Below, piece by piece: positions 17,546-26,399 of a stretch of 26,922 nt of DNA. Location of the stretch: contig JAOZPT010000032.1 in assembly GCA_029932605.1 (NCBI GenBank), forward strand, positions 1-26,922. Reading direction: 5' to 3'. The position numbers were made by a program, and so were the translations under genes. The notes below the pieces were generated by a model, which was not told where the DNA came from, did not search any database, and saw only the letters and a list, made by a program, of their open reading frames with translations. This stretch comes from Candidatus Zixiibacteriota bacterium (GTDB lineage Bacteria > Zixibacteria > MSB-5A5 > UBA10806 > 4484-95). The stretch's first letter is position 1. Every line of letters starts with the position of its first letter.

Positions 17546-19687
17546 TTACTCATAAAGAATGATATCCTCGCTGGCGCTAGCAGTCTCATTCGAAACCAGG
17601 TCCAATATATCAATTGTTATCCTGTATCTACCTCTTTTAAGGCTGGATAGGTCGAGAGTTAGAAGTCTGTTTTCATAAGTCAACACACCACTTCCATCAT
17701 AAACGGTCATAACCTCTTCAACCGTCTTATAGCCTCCAATAAGCCTACCGATAAGTTTCGGCTTTTCAAGGCGAGATATAATCTGTTTGATCCGATAATG
17801 AGTCCTGTTATCATTATCTTTTTTTAAATTATAAAATTCAAAATACACAACCACCGGTTCGGCTACGAAATAGCGATTGTCAAGGTTTGTGAAAAACTGA
17901 ATACTTTTCCGGCTAATGCGCATCCCATCTACTGGTAATCTTGCCATGCGACCAAGAACCAGCTCTGATATAGCCACTTTATCAACGTAGAAATTGCGCA
18001 AGCCTACTATCGTTTTTGATCTGCCGATATGACCATTATGCGGATTAGCAACGGCCATGGACAAGTATACTGAATCAGGATAGGCTTCAAGCGTAAAGTT
18101 ATGGCTTACAGCCAGCTTCATGTTGTCGACCTGACTGGAGGATATTTTCACAACCCGGGAGAACGATACTGAATCGAGAAGCGACCAATTACCATCGTGA
18201 ACAACTGCCCTTATATCGAAATCACCTATAGCAATATCGCCATCTTTTCTGAATGTTATCTCGCTATAAGGAACATTATAAAAAATCTCCATATCGGTTT
18301 TACCATGGTTGCCCTTAAACTGCTTGACCATATAAGCAAAATTCAATTCGGGTATGTCGCTCTTAAAATCGTATTTCTGAGCAACAGCCCTAACAAGCCG
18401 ATCAGCTACCAATGACATATCAACAAGTGTATCGCCCTTCTCAACCACAGTAGCTGTATAAGGAAAATCAAAATTGCCGTTATGGAAAGTGTCCTCGAAT
18501 TGCAGGGTGAAAGTTTTCCCATGTATCACATAATCCCATTCCCAAGTCAATACCAAGTTATCATTGATGAAGTATCTTTTCTCGTCGGGTATTCCGTAAC
18601 GTATTAGCATCTCGCCACGTTTAGTATTTTTACCCCTTACTTGTTTTTCCGGGATGGAGAATGTTAAGTCTGCATAAACCTGTCTTGCGTAATGCTCAAG
18701 TTTTCTTTCATTCTCGGAAGTGGTCGGGTCAGGGTCCAGCTCACCCCAGAGCCTGGCAACCTTTAATCTGCGTTGATAACTACTCAAAGACCTCAGATCG
18801 TTGTATTCGGTGGGTGAAACAATGAACTGAATATCGTTGAAATCGGCCAGGGCATTCCGGTTCATAAGAGCCATTGCCGAATCGAAATCTGCCGAGGCAT
18901 CACGAAACGCCTTAAGTCGTACATTGCAAAGACCGCGAATAAGGTAAATCTGGCGGGCAAGTTTATCCGGTGGCCCGAGCATCAAAGCGGTATCAGCTTT
19001 GGTAAGAGCCCGGTTAAATAGATTAAGTTGAATTAAAATCTTTGCCTGGTCGTAGTAGTCCTGAGAGTTATTCCTGACGGAAGCCGCCATTGCGGCATGT
19101 TCTAACGAACGATTAAAATAACCCCTGTCATCATACCTCAAACCCATCTCCTCGTATATCCCTGCAATATGCCGATGAGCCTGCACATATTGTGGATCAA
19201 GCTCGACAACTTTTTTAAACTGTCTTAACGCATTACCGGAAAAACCCTGTTTCTTATAAGTCAAACCAAGCGAATAATGATATTCGGGATTATCAGGATT
19301 TTCCTTGATCGCCTGTTTCAAGCTTACTACTGAAAGGCGACGGGAGATAATAGTACCTTTCTTGCGATAAATCTCGCCCAGTAAAAAGTGCGACTTTGAA
19401 TGGTGGCGATTGGCAGAAAGATTTATTTTTAATAACTTTTCAGCCTCCCGGTAATCACCCTCTACAAAAAGCGACTCGGCAAGTTCAAAATTTCTTTCTA
19501 AAAAATCCGATCTGGTACCAGACTCAGGTTTTAAGCTACAACCTGAAATCACAAAACCAACTATAAAGGACACAATAAGCGAAAAGACAGGTAAATATTT
19601 CCGTTTTACACTGCAATGACAGCTCGTAAAGAAATATGATAACAACTTCCCATGCAAAATATGGATTTCCCCATCTTTACAAACCAA
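17546..19687 (-). CDS. TPR + GWxTD domain lipoprotein (start codon uncertain)
   Basis: Lipobox-like ISGC; several TPRs; LWGELDPDPTTSENERKLEHYARQVYAD...GKNTKRGEMLIRYGIPD matches the GWxTD block in degenerate form; C-terminal Ig-like domain. Confidence 0.8.
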   Translation of the reverse strand: MVCKDGEIHILHGKLLSYFFTSCHCSVKRKYLPVFSLIVSFIVGFVISGCSLKPESGTRSDFLERNFELAESLFVEGDYREAEKLLKINLSANRHHSKSHFLLGEIYRKKGTIISRRLSVVSLKQAIKENPDNPEYHYSLGLTYKKQGFSGNALRQFKKVVELDPQYVQAHRHIAGIYEEMGLRYDDRGYFNRSLEHAAMAASVRNNSQDYYDQAKILIQLNLFNRALTKADTALMLGPPDKLARQIYLIRGLCNVRLKAFRDASADFDSAMALMNRNALADFNDIQFIVSPTEYNDLRSLSSYQRRLKVARLWGELDPDPTTSENERKLEHYARQVYADLTFSIPEKQVRGKNTKRGEMLIRYGIPDEKRYFINDNLVLTWEWDYVIHGKTFTLQFEDTFHNGNFDFPYTATVVEKGDTLVDMSLVADRLVRAVAQKYDFKSDIPELNFAYMVKQFKGNHGKTDMEIFYNVPYSEITFRKDGDIAIGDFDIRAVVHDGNWSLLDSVSFSRVVKISSSQVDNMKLAVSHNFTLEAYPDSVYLSMAVANPHNGHIGRSKTIVGLRNFYVDKVAISELVLGRMARLPVDGMRISRKSIQFFTNLDNRYFVAEPVVVYFEFYNLKKDNDNRTHYRIKQIISRLEKPKLIGRLIGGYKTVEEVMTVYDGSGVLTYENRLLTLDLSSLKRGRYRITIDILDLVSNETASASEDIILYE

Positions 19688-19759
19688 GCTTGATATCGAG
19701 GACCTGACCGCTAAGGACTAACTCCTATCGAAGTTATTGTTGATAACATCATTAAGGTT

Positions 19760-20107
19760 TTATCTCTTTTTTAAGTCAATACCATAGTTAGCCGCCTGGC
19801 GGTTTACAATTTCTAACTTATCCATACCGATTTTAATAAGAGATAGCAAAATCGACTTTATCTTCTCCTTTATCTGCTCTCTTTCATTTATAACGCGCAC
19901 CGAAAGTAAATTATCGAATTCGGGATCATCCATCAGACTTCTCACCTCTTCCCGTTCTCTCCCAATGCCAACTTTCTCAGCCTGCCGTCGCGTATCCTCT
20001 ATTTTCTCGGTCAATTCCGCTTCCTTTTTCGCCAAATCACCCAGCTCGTTTAAAAGCTCCAGCTGTTCCTTTGACAGGTTCTTTATCGTTTCCGGTGTAA
20101 GTTTCAT
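19760..20107 (-). CDS. Hypothetical small coiled-coil protein
   Basis: GGGAG RBS before the ATG at 20107; helical, E/K/R-rich sequence; co-oriented with neighbours. Confidence 0.7.
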   Translation of the reverse strand: MKLTPETIKNLSKEQLELLNELGDLAKKEAELTEKIEDTRRQAEKVGIGREREEVRSLMDDPEFDNLLSVRVINEREQIKEKIKSILLSLIKIGMDKLEIVNRQAANYGIDLKKR

Positions 20108-20223
20108 ATTCACTCCCGTAGAAATTTATTTGCGAATATTAACGTGACCATCACCAATAATAACTCGGGCATATTCATATTATTTATTATATAAAATCAT
20201 TGATATTATGTTTTCAATTCTTT

Positions 20224-22431
20224 TCATCTTCCTTTAACCACCACCAAGGTCATATCATCCATTTCCGCTGATTTTGAGGCGAATTGGCGAACATTCTTAA
20301 TGAGGTGACCACATATAAATTGAGCGGACCTGGACCGCACCTCTCTGGCGGTCTCTATAAGCCTTTGCTCACCGTATTCCTCCTCATGCTCGTTCATAGC
20401 CTCTGAGAGACCATCGGTATATATAATTAGAATATCATTTTTACGCAATCTAAGTTTAGATGTTTTATATTTAACCCCCTTAAATGCTCCAAGTATAAGA
20501 CCACCCTCCTTAAGGTATTCAACATCGTCATTTTCCCTTATTACAAACGGGATATTATGACCGGCATTACAGAAACAAAGAGAACCCGTATGGCAATTAA
20601 GTTCACCGTAAAACATGGTCACGAATTTATCAGGCGAGGTCGAGTTCACGAGAAGCTCGTTTATCCATGAAAACATAGCTTCAATAGGAGGGCATTTTTG
20701 TCCCTCGCTCTGAAGAACCGCCTGAAGGCGTGCCATAAGCAGAGCCGCTGGCACCCCCTTGCCCGAAACATCAGCCACCACGATACCCGTAGATTTATCA
20801 GATACATTTATAAAATCATAATAATCTCCTCCTACCTGGTGTGAGGGATAATTGAAGGCTGCGAACTCATAGTTCTCATAAACCGGCAAAGCTTGTGGTA
20901 AAAGATTTTGTTGAATTTGCCTGGCAACTGCCAGCTCTTCCTCAAGGCGCTGTTTAGCTAATGACTCGAGATAAAGTTGAATATTATTAAGGGATACTAC
21001 AACCTGGTTAGCCACCACAGATAACAGCGTTAGATCCTCATAAGTGTACCTGAAACCAGCTATTTTCTGCGATAAAAAGAATGCTCCAACCAATTCCCCC
21101 TTGTCGACAAGCGGGACAACAAGGTAGCCTCCAAGCTCAACGAGCCGTCCTCCAAGGTAACCCTCTCGGGTAAGACCTCTAAAACTATCCAAAAATACAG
21201 GTTTCTGCTTATCGACAAGCTGGTCGTGAATCTCTTTTTCAATTTTATATTCACGCAAATCACCACTAAACCTATAAAAGTCACTCCCCTCCTGCCGTAA
21301 AGCAAAATGAGTTCTCTCTATAAACATCTCCCGGCTTAGAGTATCCCCAACGATAGTGGTCAGGCGATTAATATCGAAAACGGTTATCAACTGTTTTGAA
21401 AATTCCTCCATTAGATGGCGATAATCACTTCGACTTCTTATGAAAATCCTTCGCACGAAATCATCAACCTGATTGTAAATTGGTTGAAAAAACAAAAGCA
21501 GTATTATAACAACAAGAACATCCAGTATCCGCGCCCCATATCCAAAAGTCGATGTGAAAAGCGACGAAAGCTGAGTTATAACCAGTAAATAACCGCCAAC
21601 TACTATGGCTGTGGTTACGGTATAAACAAGCCCCTGGCGTGCAATCAGCCCAATATCCAAAAACCTGAACTTTATTATTGCCCAGGCTATCGACCCCGGT
21701 CCAACAACAAGAGCGGTTAATATCATAACCTCTCTCAAACCATAGGAAAGCCTTATCGATAAAATAGTAGGAATTATAAAAGCCACCACATACAAACCAA
21801 CCGCTACCACGACACCAGCAATCACCACCTTAACCTGGGTTTTAAGCGCTGGATTGACAACACTCGAAAATCCCAAAGCTAAAAAATAGACAGATAACAA
21901 AACATAAGCGAAATTGATAAGCGAAAAAAACTTTGTATGAAATGTAAGTAAATATCCCAAAAAGGAGGTAAATAATTTTAAAAGTGCTTCGATATAAGCT
22001 AAGATCCAACCTATAACCGGCAAAGAAGTGTCAAAACTTAAAATGCCCATAATCGTATCCGGGTCATTTAAAGCAACGACCAGAACGATGTGAAATAAAT
22101 GGGGGATGAAAGCAACCTGGAGTAACCTTTTGTGCCTTTTGTAAAATGGCAACATCTCCGGGAATACTGTTGAAAACAAAAGCAGGGATGGGAAAAATAG
22201 CTCCCAGACATAAAAAATGTTTCGCACCGATTCCGATAAGGCGGAAGAATCTAATATAACCGATTTGTTTATAGCGACAATGAAAGGGGCAAGGCCAGCA
22301 AAAAAAAGCATGGCCGCAACCACCTTGTTTTGAACAGACTTCACATTTTCCCGAAGGATAATACCGGCGATAAGAAATAAAACTAAGGCGGAAACAAAGT
22401 AAATAAGAGATATTAAGAAATCGAGACCCAT
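20224..22431 (-). CDS. Membrane-bound PP2C (SpoIIE/RsbU-type) phosphatase with a multi-TM sensor and a GAF domain
   Basis: About 9-10 hydrophobic helices in the first ~320 aa; GAF-like region (LVVPLVDKGELVG); LEEELAVARQIQQNLLP, VGGDYYD, ADVSGKG, NAGH, YTDG and DDMT PP2C motifs. Confidence 0.93.
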   Translation of the reverse strand: MGLDFLISLIYFVSALVLFLIAGIILRENVKSVQNKVVAAMLFFAGLAPFIVAINKSVILDSSALSESVRNIFYVWELFFPSLLLFSTVFPEMLPFYKRHKRLLQVAFIPHLFHIVLVVALNDPDTIMGILSFDTSLPVIGWILAYIEALLKLFTSFLGYLLTFHTKFFSLINFAYVLLSVYFLALGFSSVVNPALKTQVKVVIAGVVVAVGLYVVAFIIPTILSIRLSYGLREVMILTALVVGPGSIAWAIIKFRFLDIGLIARQGLVYTVTTAIVVGGYLLVITQLSSLFTSTFGYGARILDVLVVIILLLFFQPIYNQVDDFVRRIFIRSRSDYRHLMEEFSKQLITVFDINRLTTIVGDTLSREMFIERTHFALRQEGSDFYRFSGDLREYKIEKEIHDQLVDKQKPVFLDSFRGLTREGYLGGRLVELGGYLVVPLVDKGELVGAFFLSQKIAGFRYTYEDLTLLSVVANQVVVSLNNIQLYLESLAKQRLEEELAVARQIQQNLLPQALPVYENYEFAAFNYPSHQVGGDYYDFINVSDKSTGIVVADVSGKGVPAALLMARLQAVLQSEGQKCPPIEAMFSWINELLVNSTSPDKFVTMFYGELNCHTGSLCFCNAGHNIPFVIRENDDVEYLKEGGLILGAFKGVKYKTSKLRLRKNDILIIYTDGLSEAMNEHEEEYGEQRLIETAREVRSRSAQFICGHLIKNVRQFASKSAEMDDMTLVVVKGR

Positions 22432-22458
22432 CAGGTTCCCTACCGGTTTGCCTGGATG

Positions 22459-22884
22459 TTAACCTTTTATTCTCTTCTTTATTACAACCCTGGTGCCAGT
22501 ACTCGTGAAATTGAAATCAACAGAATCCATAAGCGAACGAACTATAAAAATCCCTCTGCCAACTCGTTTTAAAATATTCGATTTTTCTACGGGATTAGGG
22601 ATGGAATCGGAATCGAAACCTCTTCCTTGGTCCGTAATGACAACTTCAACTTCATCCTTACGAATATCGATTTTAACCGTAACTTTCTTGTTAACATCAC
22701 CACTGTTCCCATGAAAAATCGCATTGTCTACAATCTCAGAAACAGAAATCGCTACATCCGCCTTGACAGATTTTGACACTCCAGCCTTGTCTAACTTCTT
22801 CTCAACAAACTCATCAACCGTGGCAATATAAACGGCGTCAGAGGGGATTACTATAACATTTCCTGAAATCTCAGGTTTGTTCAT
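22459..22884 (-). CDS. Anti-sigma factor / serine kinase, RsbW family
   Basis: SEIVDNAIFHGN, ITDQGRGFD and GRGIFIVRSLMD GHKL motifs. Confidence 0.92.
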   Translation of the reverse strand: MNKPEISGNVIVIPSDAVYIATVDEFVEKKLDKAGVSKSVKADVAISVSEIVDNAIFHGNSGDVNKKVTVKIDIRKDEVEVVITDQGRGFDSDSIPNPVEKSNILKRVGRGIFIVRSLMDSVDFNFTSTGTRVVIKKRIKG

Positions 22885-23003
22885 TCGATTCCCCAGAGGG
22901 TAAAAAGGTTAAGACAATCCATAATAAAAAAATCTGTTGACATCACCAAGGCATAATCTCTCAACAAATCTATACAACGCAGACCAATTTGAATCTGCTA
23001 TTT

Positions 23004-23342
23004 TTACTTGAAACTTTTTATCGCCTGATCGATAGTATCGTAGTTATCAAATACGGTTATAAGTCTGGTAATTGTCAACAAAGATTCGATTCTATCCGTT
23101 ATACAGGCAAGCTTAAGATCACCACCATTATTCCTTAATGTCGTCAACCCGGAAATTAATATTCCCAGACCAGTAGAGTTCATCAATTCCACTTTGGCAA
23201 GGTTAATAACAACCTTTTTTTGATCCTGCCGAATAAAATCATGAAGCTTATCATGAAAAACGGTTGCATCCGGCCCACCCATTATCTTGCCTTTGGGTTC
23301 AAGTACTATTACGCCGTCTATTTCCTTATAGGTTAGTTTCAT
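23004..23342 (-). CDS. STAS domain anti-anti-sigma factor, RsbV/SpoIIAA family
   Basis: VVINLAKVELMNSTGLGILI with the phospho-acceptor Ser; LLTITRL; AAGGAG RBS. Confidence 0.92.
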   Translation of the reverse strand: MKLTYKEIDGVIVLEPKGKIMGGPDATVFHDKLHDFIRQDQKKVVINLAKVELMNSTGLGILISGLTTLRNNGGDLKLACITDRIESLLTITRLITVFDNYDTIDQAIKSFK

Positions 23343-23495
23343 TCGTCGCGCTCCTTTTTTAAGACAACATTTTATTTTACCTTACAGCAAAAAACCAAAC
23401 ATTGAGGAAAATATACAATCTTTTATCAGATCGGTAACTTTTAGTAAGTTTGGAAAAAAATAGTAACATGGAATAAAATACACAAATACATATCC

Positions 23496-23521
23496 AAAAA
23501 AATAATAGCCATGACGGCTAT
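23496..23521 (-). terminator. Possible Rho-independent terminator
   Basis: Minus strand ATAGCC-GTCAT-GGCTAT followed by TA and a T7 run, 40 nt downstream of the 23561 stop; the stem is weak. Confidence 0.45.
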
Positions 23522-23560
23522 AAAATTTAATAAGAAATAGATTGGGCATAAAAAAGCCCT

Positions 23561-23959
23561 TTATCTAAATAAGGCTTTTATCTTGCCCCATGTATCAAGC
23601 CTTACGCTGAGTGAGTTCAATGTAAGGTCGATCCTCATCCTACCGGCAGAGGCGGCAAAAGATGGATTGGCCATGGTGCCATTTACCATTATCTCAATAA
23701 CATCTCCTTCCACCCAACCTTCCTTTTCCGGTGTATCAGGATCATCTTTAACTATAATAAGAGAATACTGGCCGCCCACAGTAAGGCAAGAAGCCATTTC
23801 CTGGTTATCAATATACGCCACCACCGGTATATTATCAGCCGCCGGTTCACCCTTGATAGAGATAGAACCATACGGTTCACATGCGGTACCTAAAAGCTGA
23901 CCATAAGAAATAACAGTGACCAATAATACTATAATAACCGATTGAACAACTATTCTCAT
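23561..23959 (-). CDS. Secreted hypothetical protein with a C-terminal TWGxIK motif
   Basis: N-terminal signal peptide; beta-rich domain (PYGSISIKG...VVAYID...GQYSL...GWVEGDVI); ends VRLDTWGKIKALFR. Confidence 0.8.
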   Translation of the reverse strand: MRIVVQSVIIVLLVTVISYGQLLGTACEPYGSISIKGEPAADNIPVVAYIDNQEMASCLTVGGQYSLIIVKDDPDTPEKEGWVEGDVIEIMVNGTMANPSFAASAGRMRIDLTLNSLSVRLDTWGKIKALFR

Positions 23960-24003
23960 TTTACCGCCACAAACCTCAATTAAATCTACTCACCCAAGCG
24001 GTG

Positions 24004-24032
24004 AAATTAACTTATTTAGATTTTCGTGTCAA
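24004..24032 (-). promoter_or_regulatory. Putative sigma70 promoter
   Basis: Minus strand TTGACA (24032-24027), 17 nt, TAATTT, upstream of the 23959 ATG. Confidence 0.45.
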
Positions 24033-24156
24033 GTAAAAATATCGACTTGCCTTAAAAAGCATGACCGCATCATTTTTTATTTAACATTTCTGTTTTATTT
24101 TTGTTCCCGTAATACGTCTCAAAAAGAGTCTCTTTAATATATTGATATTTTTACCA

Positions 24157-24798
24157 TTAAGACCGGTTGGTCAGGGCAAATGACAGGTGTTCTAACTCAA
24201 TACACATATTCTGGTTGCGTAGGATTACATCACTTGGAACTTTCAGGTTAATAGGAGCAAAATTCAATATCGCCTTAATACCCGCTTCTATAACCTCAGC
24301 ACAAACGGCTTGAGCAGCAGTGGCTGGCACAGCTATTATCACCATATCGATCTTCTCGTTAGCCACAAGTTTCTTGAAATCCCTGATATCCGAGACCATG
24401 ATACCCTTGTGGTTTGAACCTATTTTTCTCTGGTCGTTGTCAAAAATCAGCTTGATATTAAACCCCTGTTTGGCGAACTCCTTGTAGGAGACTAAAGCGG
24501 AGCCAATATTCCCCACTCCTATCAAGGCTACATTCCATAAAGAATTTAAACCCAGTATGCCAGCTATTTTTTGCTTGAGCTCGGTAACAGGATACCCCAA
24601 TCCCCGTGTACCAAAACTTCCAAAAAAAGACAAGTCCTTGCGAACCTGGGCAGGTGTAAGTTTCTCTCTTTTGGCAAGCTCTTTGGAGGAAATCGTCGTA
24701 TAACTTTCATTTTCTAAAGCAACCAATGCCCGATAATAAATCGAAAGCCGATGAACCGTTGACTCCGATATCTTTTTACTTATCGATTTTGCTTTCAT
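24157..24798 (-). CDS. rex: Redox-sensing transcriptional repressor Rex
   Basis: TVHRLSIYYR, ISSKELA, QVRKDLSFFGSFGTRGLGY, IGVGNIGSAL, AILNFAP. Confidence 0.97.
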   Translation of the reverse strand: MKAKSISKKISESTVHRLSIYYRALVALENESYTTISSKELAKREKLTPAQVRKDLSFFGSFGTRGLGYPVTELKQKIAGILGLNSLWNVALIGVGNIGSALVSYKEFAKQGFNIKLIFDNDQRKIGSNHKGIMVSDIRDFKKLVANEKIDMVIIAVPATAAQAVCAEVIEAGIKAILNFAPINLKVPSDVILRNQNMCIELEHLSFALTNRS

Positions 24799-24817
24799 TA
24801 TTATCTATTTAGACTCC

Positions 24818-24835
24818 TTGTGAACTGATTCACAA
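24818..24835. promoter_or_regulatory. Rex operator
   Basis: Perfect palindrome TTGTGAA-CTGA-TTCACAA matching the Rex consensus TTGTGAA-N4-TTCACAA, directly upstream of rex. Confidence 0.9.
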
Positions 24836-24844
24836 AATCAATTA

Positions 24845-24873
24845 AAAATAAATTTCCTCATTCTTGATGTCAA
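24845..24873 (-). promoter_or_regulatory. Putative rex promoter
   Basis: Minus strand TTGACA (24873-24868), 17 nt, TATTTT (24850-24845); the predicted start site abuts the Rex box. Confidence 0.6.
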
Positions 24874-25203
24874 GAGGAAATTGGCCACAATATCAAATTT
24901 TTAGCCACATCCTGTAGTCGTTTGAGGATTTCACGATATTATATCCGATTAACATTTAGCCTTATTGAGGAATTAAAATTGCATCCGAGCATAAAGGCAA
25001 TCTAACCTTGTCAATCACAGTCATTCAGGTATTTCAGAAGATTTTATTAAAACATAAACCCCATGTTTCGATTTTAATTGAATTGTATATCACCCTTTTA
25101 TAAATTCCACTATCATGATACGGTTTAAAGCATGATTCTTGAAGGTGTTGTTTTAAATGATGAAAAATTAATTTTTAGATAACGTTTACCAAGGAGACAA
25201 ACG

Positions 25204-26322
25204 ATGGCTAAATACAAAATAGCCTGGTTGCCCGGTGATGGTGTGGGTAACGATGTTATGGAGGCAGCCCGTATAATACTCGATAGAATCGAACTCGATG
25301 CCGATTACATCCACGGCGATGTTGGCTGGGAATTCTGGTGTAAAGAAGGTGACCCGCTTCCACAGCGCACTATTGACCTCCTAAACAACACCGATTGCGC
25401 CATGTTTGGAGCTATCACCTCCAAGCCAAAGCAGGAGGCTGAAGCTGAACTGAACGCTGAACTTAAAGGTAAAGGGCTTGTTTATTCCAGTCCGATCGTT
25501 AGAATGCGGCAATTATTAAACCTGAGAACAAACCTTCGACCATGCAAGGCTTACAAGGGTAATCCTCTAAATTACCGGGATGATATCGACATCACCGTCT
25601 TTCGGGAAAACACCGAGGATTTATACTCAGGAGTGGAGTTTTTCCCAACTCCCGCAGAATTCCGCCAGCTCACTGAAAAGCTTCATCCCAAAATGAAACG
25701 TTTCTCACAAACTCCATCCGACCAGATGGCTATATCTCTTCGCATAGTCACAACAAAAGCCTGCCAAAACATAATCACCGATGCCTTTGAGTATGCCGAA
25801 AAGTATGGCAAGAAATCGGTAACGGTGGTAGAAAAACCCAACGTCATACGCGAGACTTCCGGGCTTTTCGTGCGCACCGCTCGCGAAGTGGCAAAAAATT
25901 ACCCCGGCATCAAGCTATGGGAGACAAATATCGATGCTATGTGTATGTGGCTTGTGAAAAACCCGCAGGATTACTCAGTGCTGGTGACCTCAAACATGTT
26001 CGGCGATATTATTTCCGACCTGTCCGCCCAGCTTGTCGGTGGGCTGGGGTTCGCCTGCAGTGGCAATATCGGTGATGACTACGCTGTTTTCGAACCAACC
26101 CACGGTTCAGCGCCAAAGTATGCCGGTAAATATAAAGTCAACCCTATCGCCATGTTGTTATCGACTAAGATGATGCTTGATTATTTAGGTGAAACCGATA
26201 AGGCAACCGCTTTAGAGAATGCCATCGCCGATGTCATTGCCGAGGGTAAAATCCGCACCTACGATATGGGCGGCAATAATACCACGCTCGAGGTCGCAGA
26301 GGCGGTAGCGGGCAGGTTATAA
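25204..26322 (+). CDS. Isocitrate/isopropylmalate/homoisocitrate dehydrogenase family enzyme
   Basis: LPGDGVG, RENTEDLY, KPNV, NMFGDIISD, FEPTHGSAPKYAG, NPIAM; AAGGAG RBS. Confidence 0.93.
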   Translation: MAKYKIAWLPGDGVGNDVMEAARIILDRIELDADYIHGDVGWEFWCKEGDPLPQRTIDLLNNTDCAMFGAITSKPKQEAEAELNAELKGKGLVYSSPIVRMRQLLNLRTNLRPCKAYKGNPLNYRDDIDITVFRENTEDLYSGVEFFPTPAEFRQLTEKLHPKMKRFSQTPSDQMAISLRIVTTKACQNIITDAFEYAEKYGKKSVTVVEKPNVIRETSGLFVRTAREVAKNYPGIKLWETNIDAMCMWLVKNPQDYSVLVTSNMFGDIISDLSAQLVGGLGFACSGNIGDDYAVFEPTHGSAPKYAGKYKVNPIAMLLSTKMMLDYLGETDKATALENAIADVIAEGKIRTYDMGGNNTTLEVAEAVAGRL

Positions 26323-26399
26323 AAGGTTTGGTTTAAAAAGCAGGTCAAGTTCCCTAATGAATCTGCCAGAATAAGTAGCGGCTAATAAACAAAGAATTT

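Noticed and set aside
25204..26322. Gene symbol leuB or icd
   Set aside because: Substrate and coenzyme motifs are mixed and there is no pathway context, so specificity cannot be assigned.
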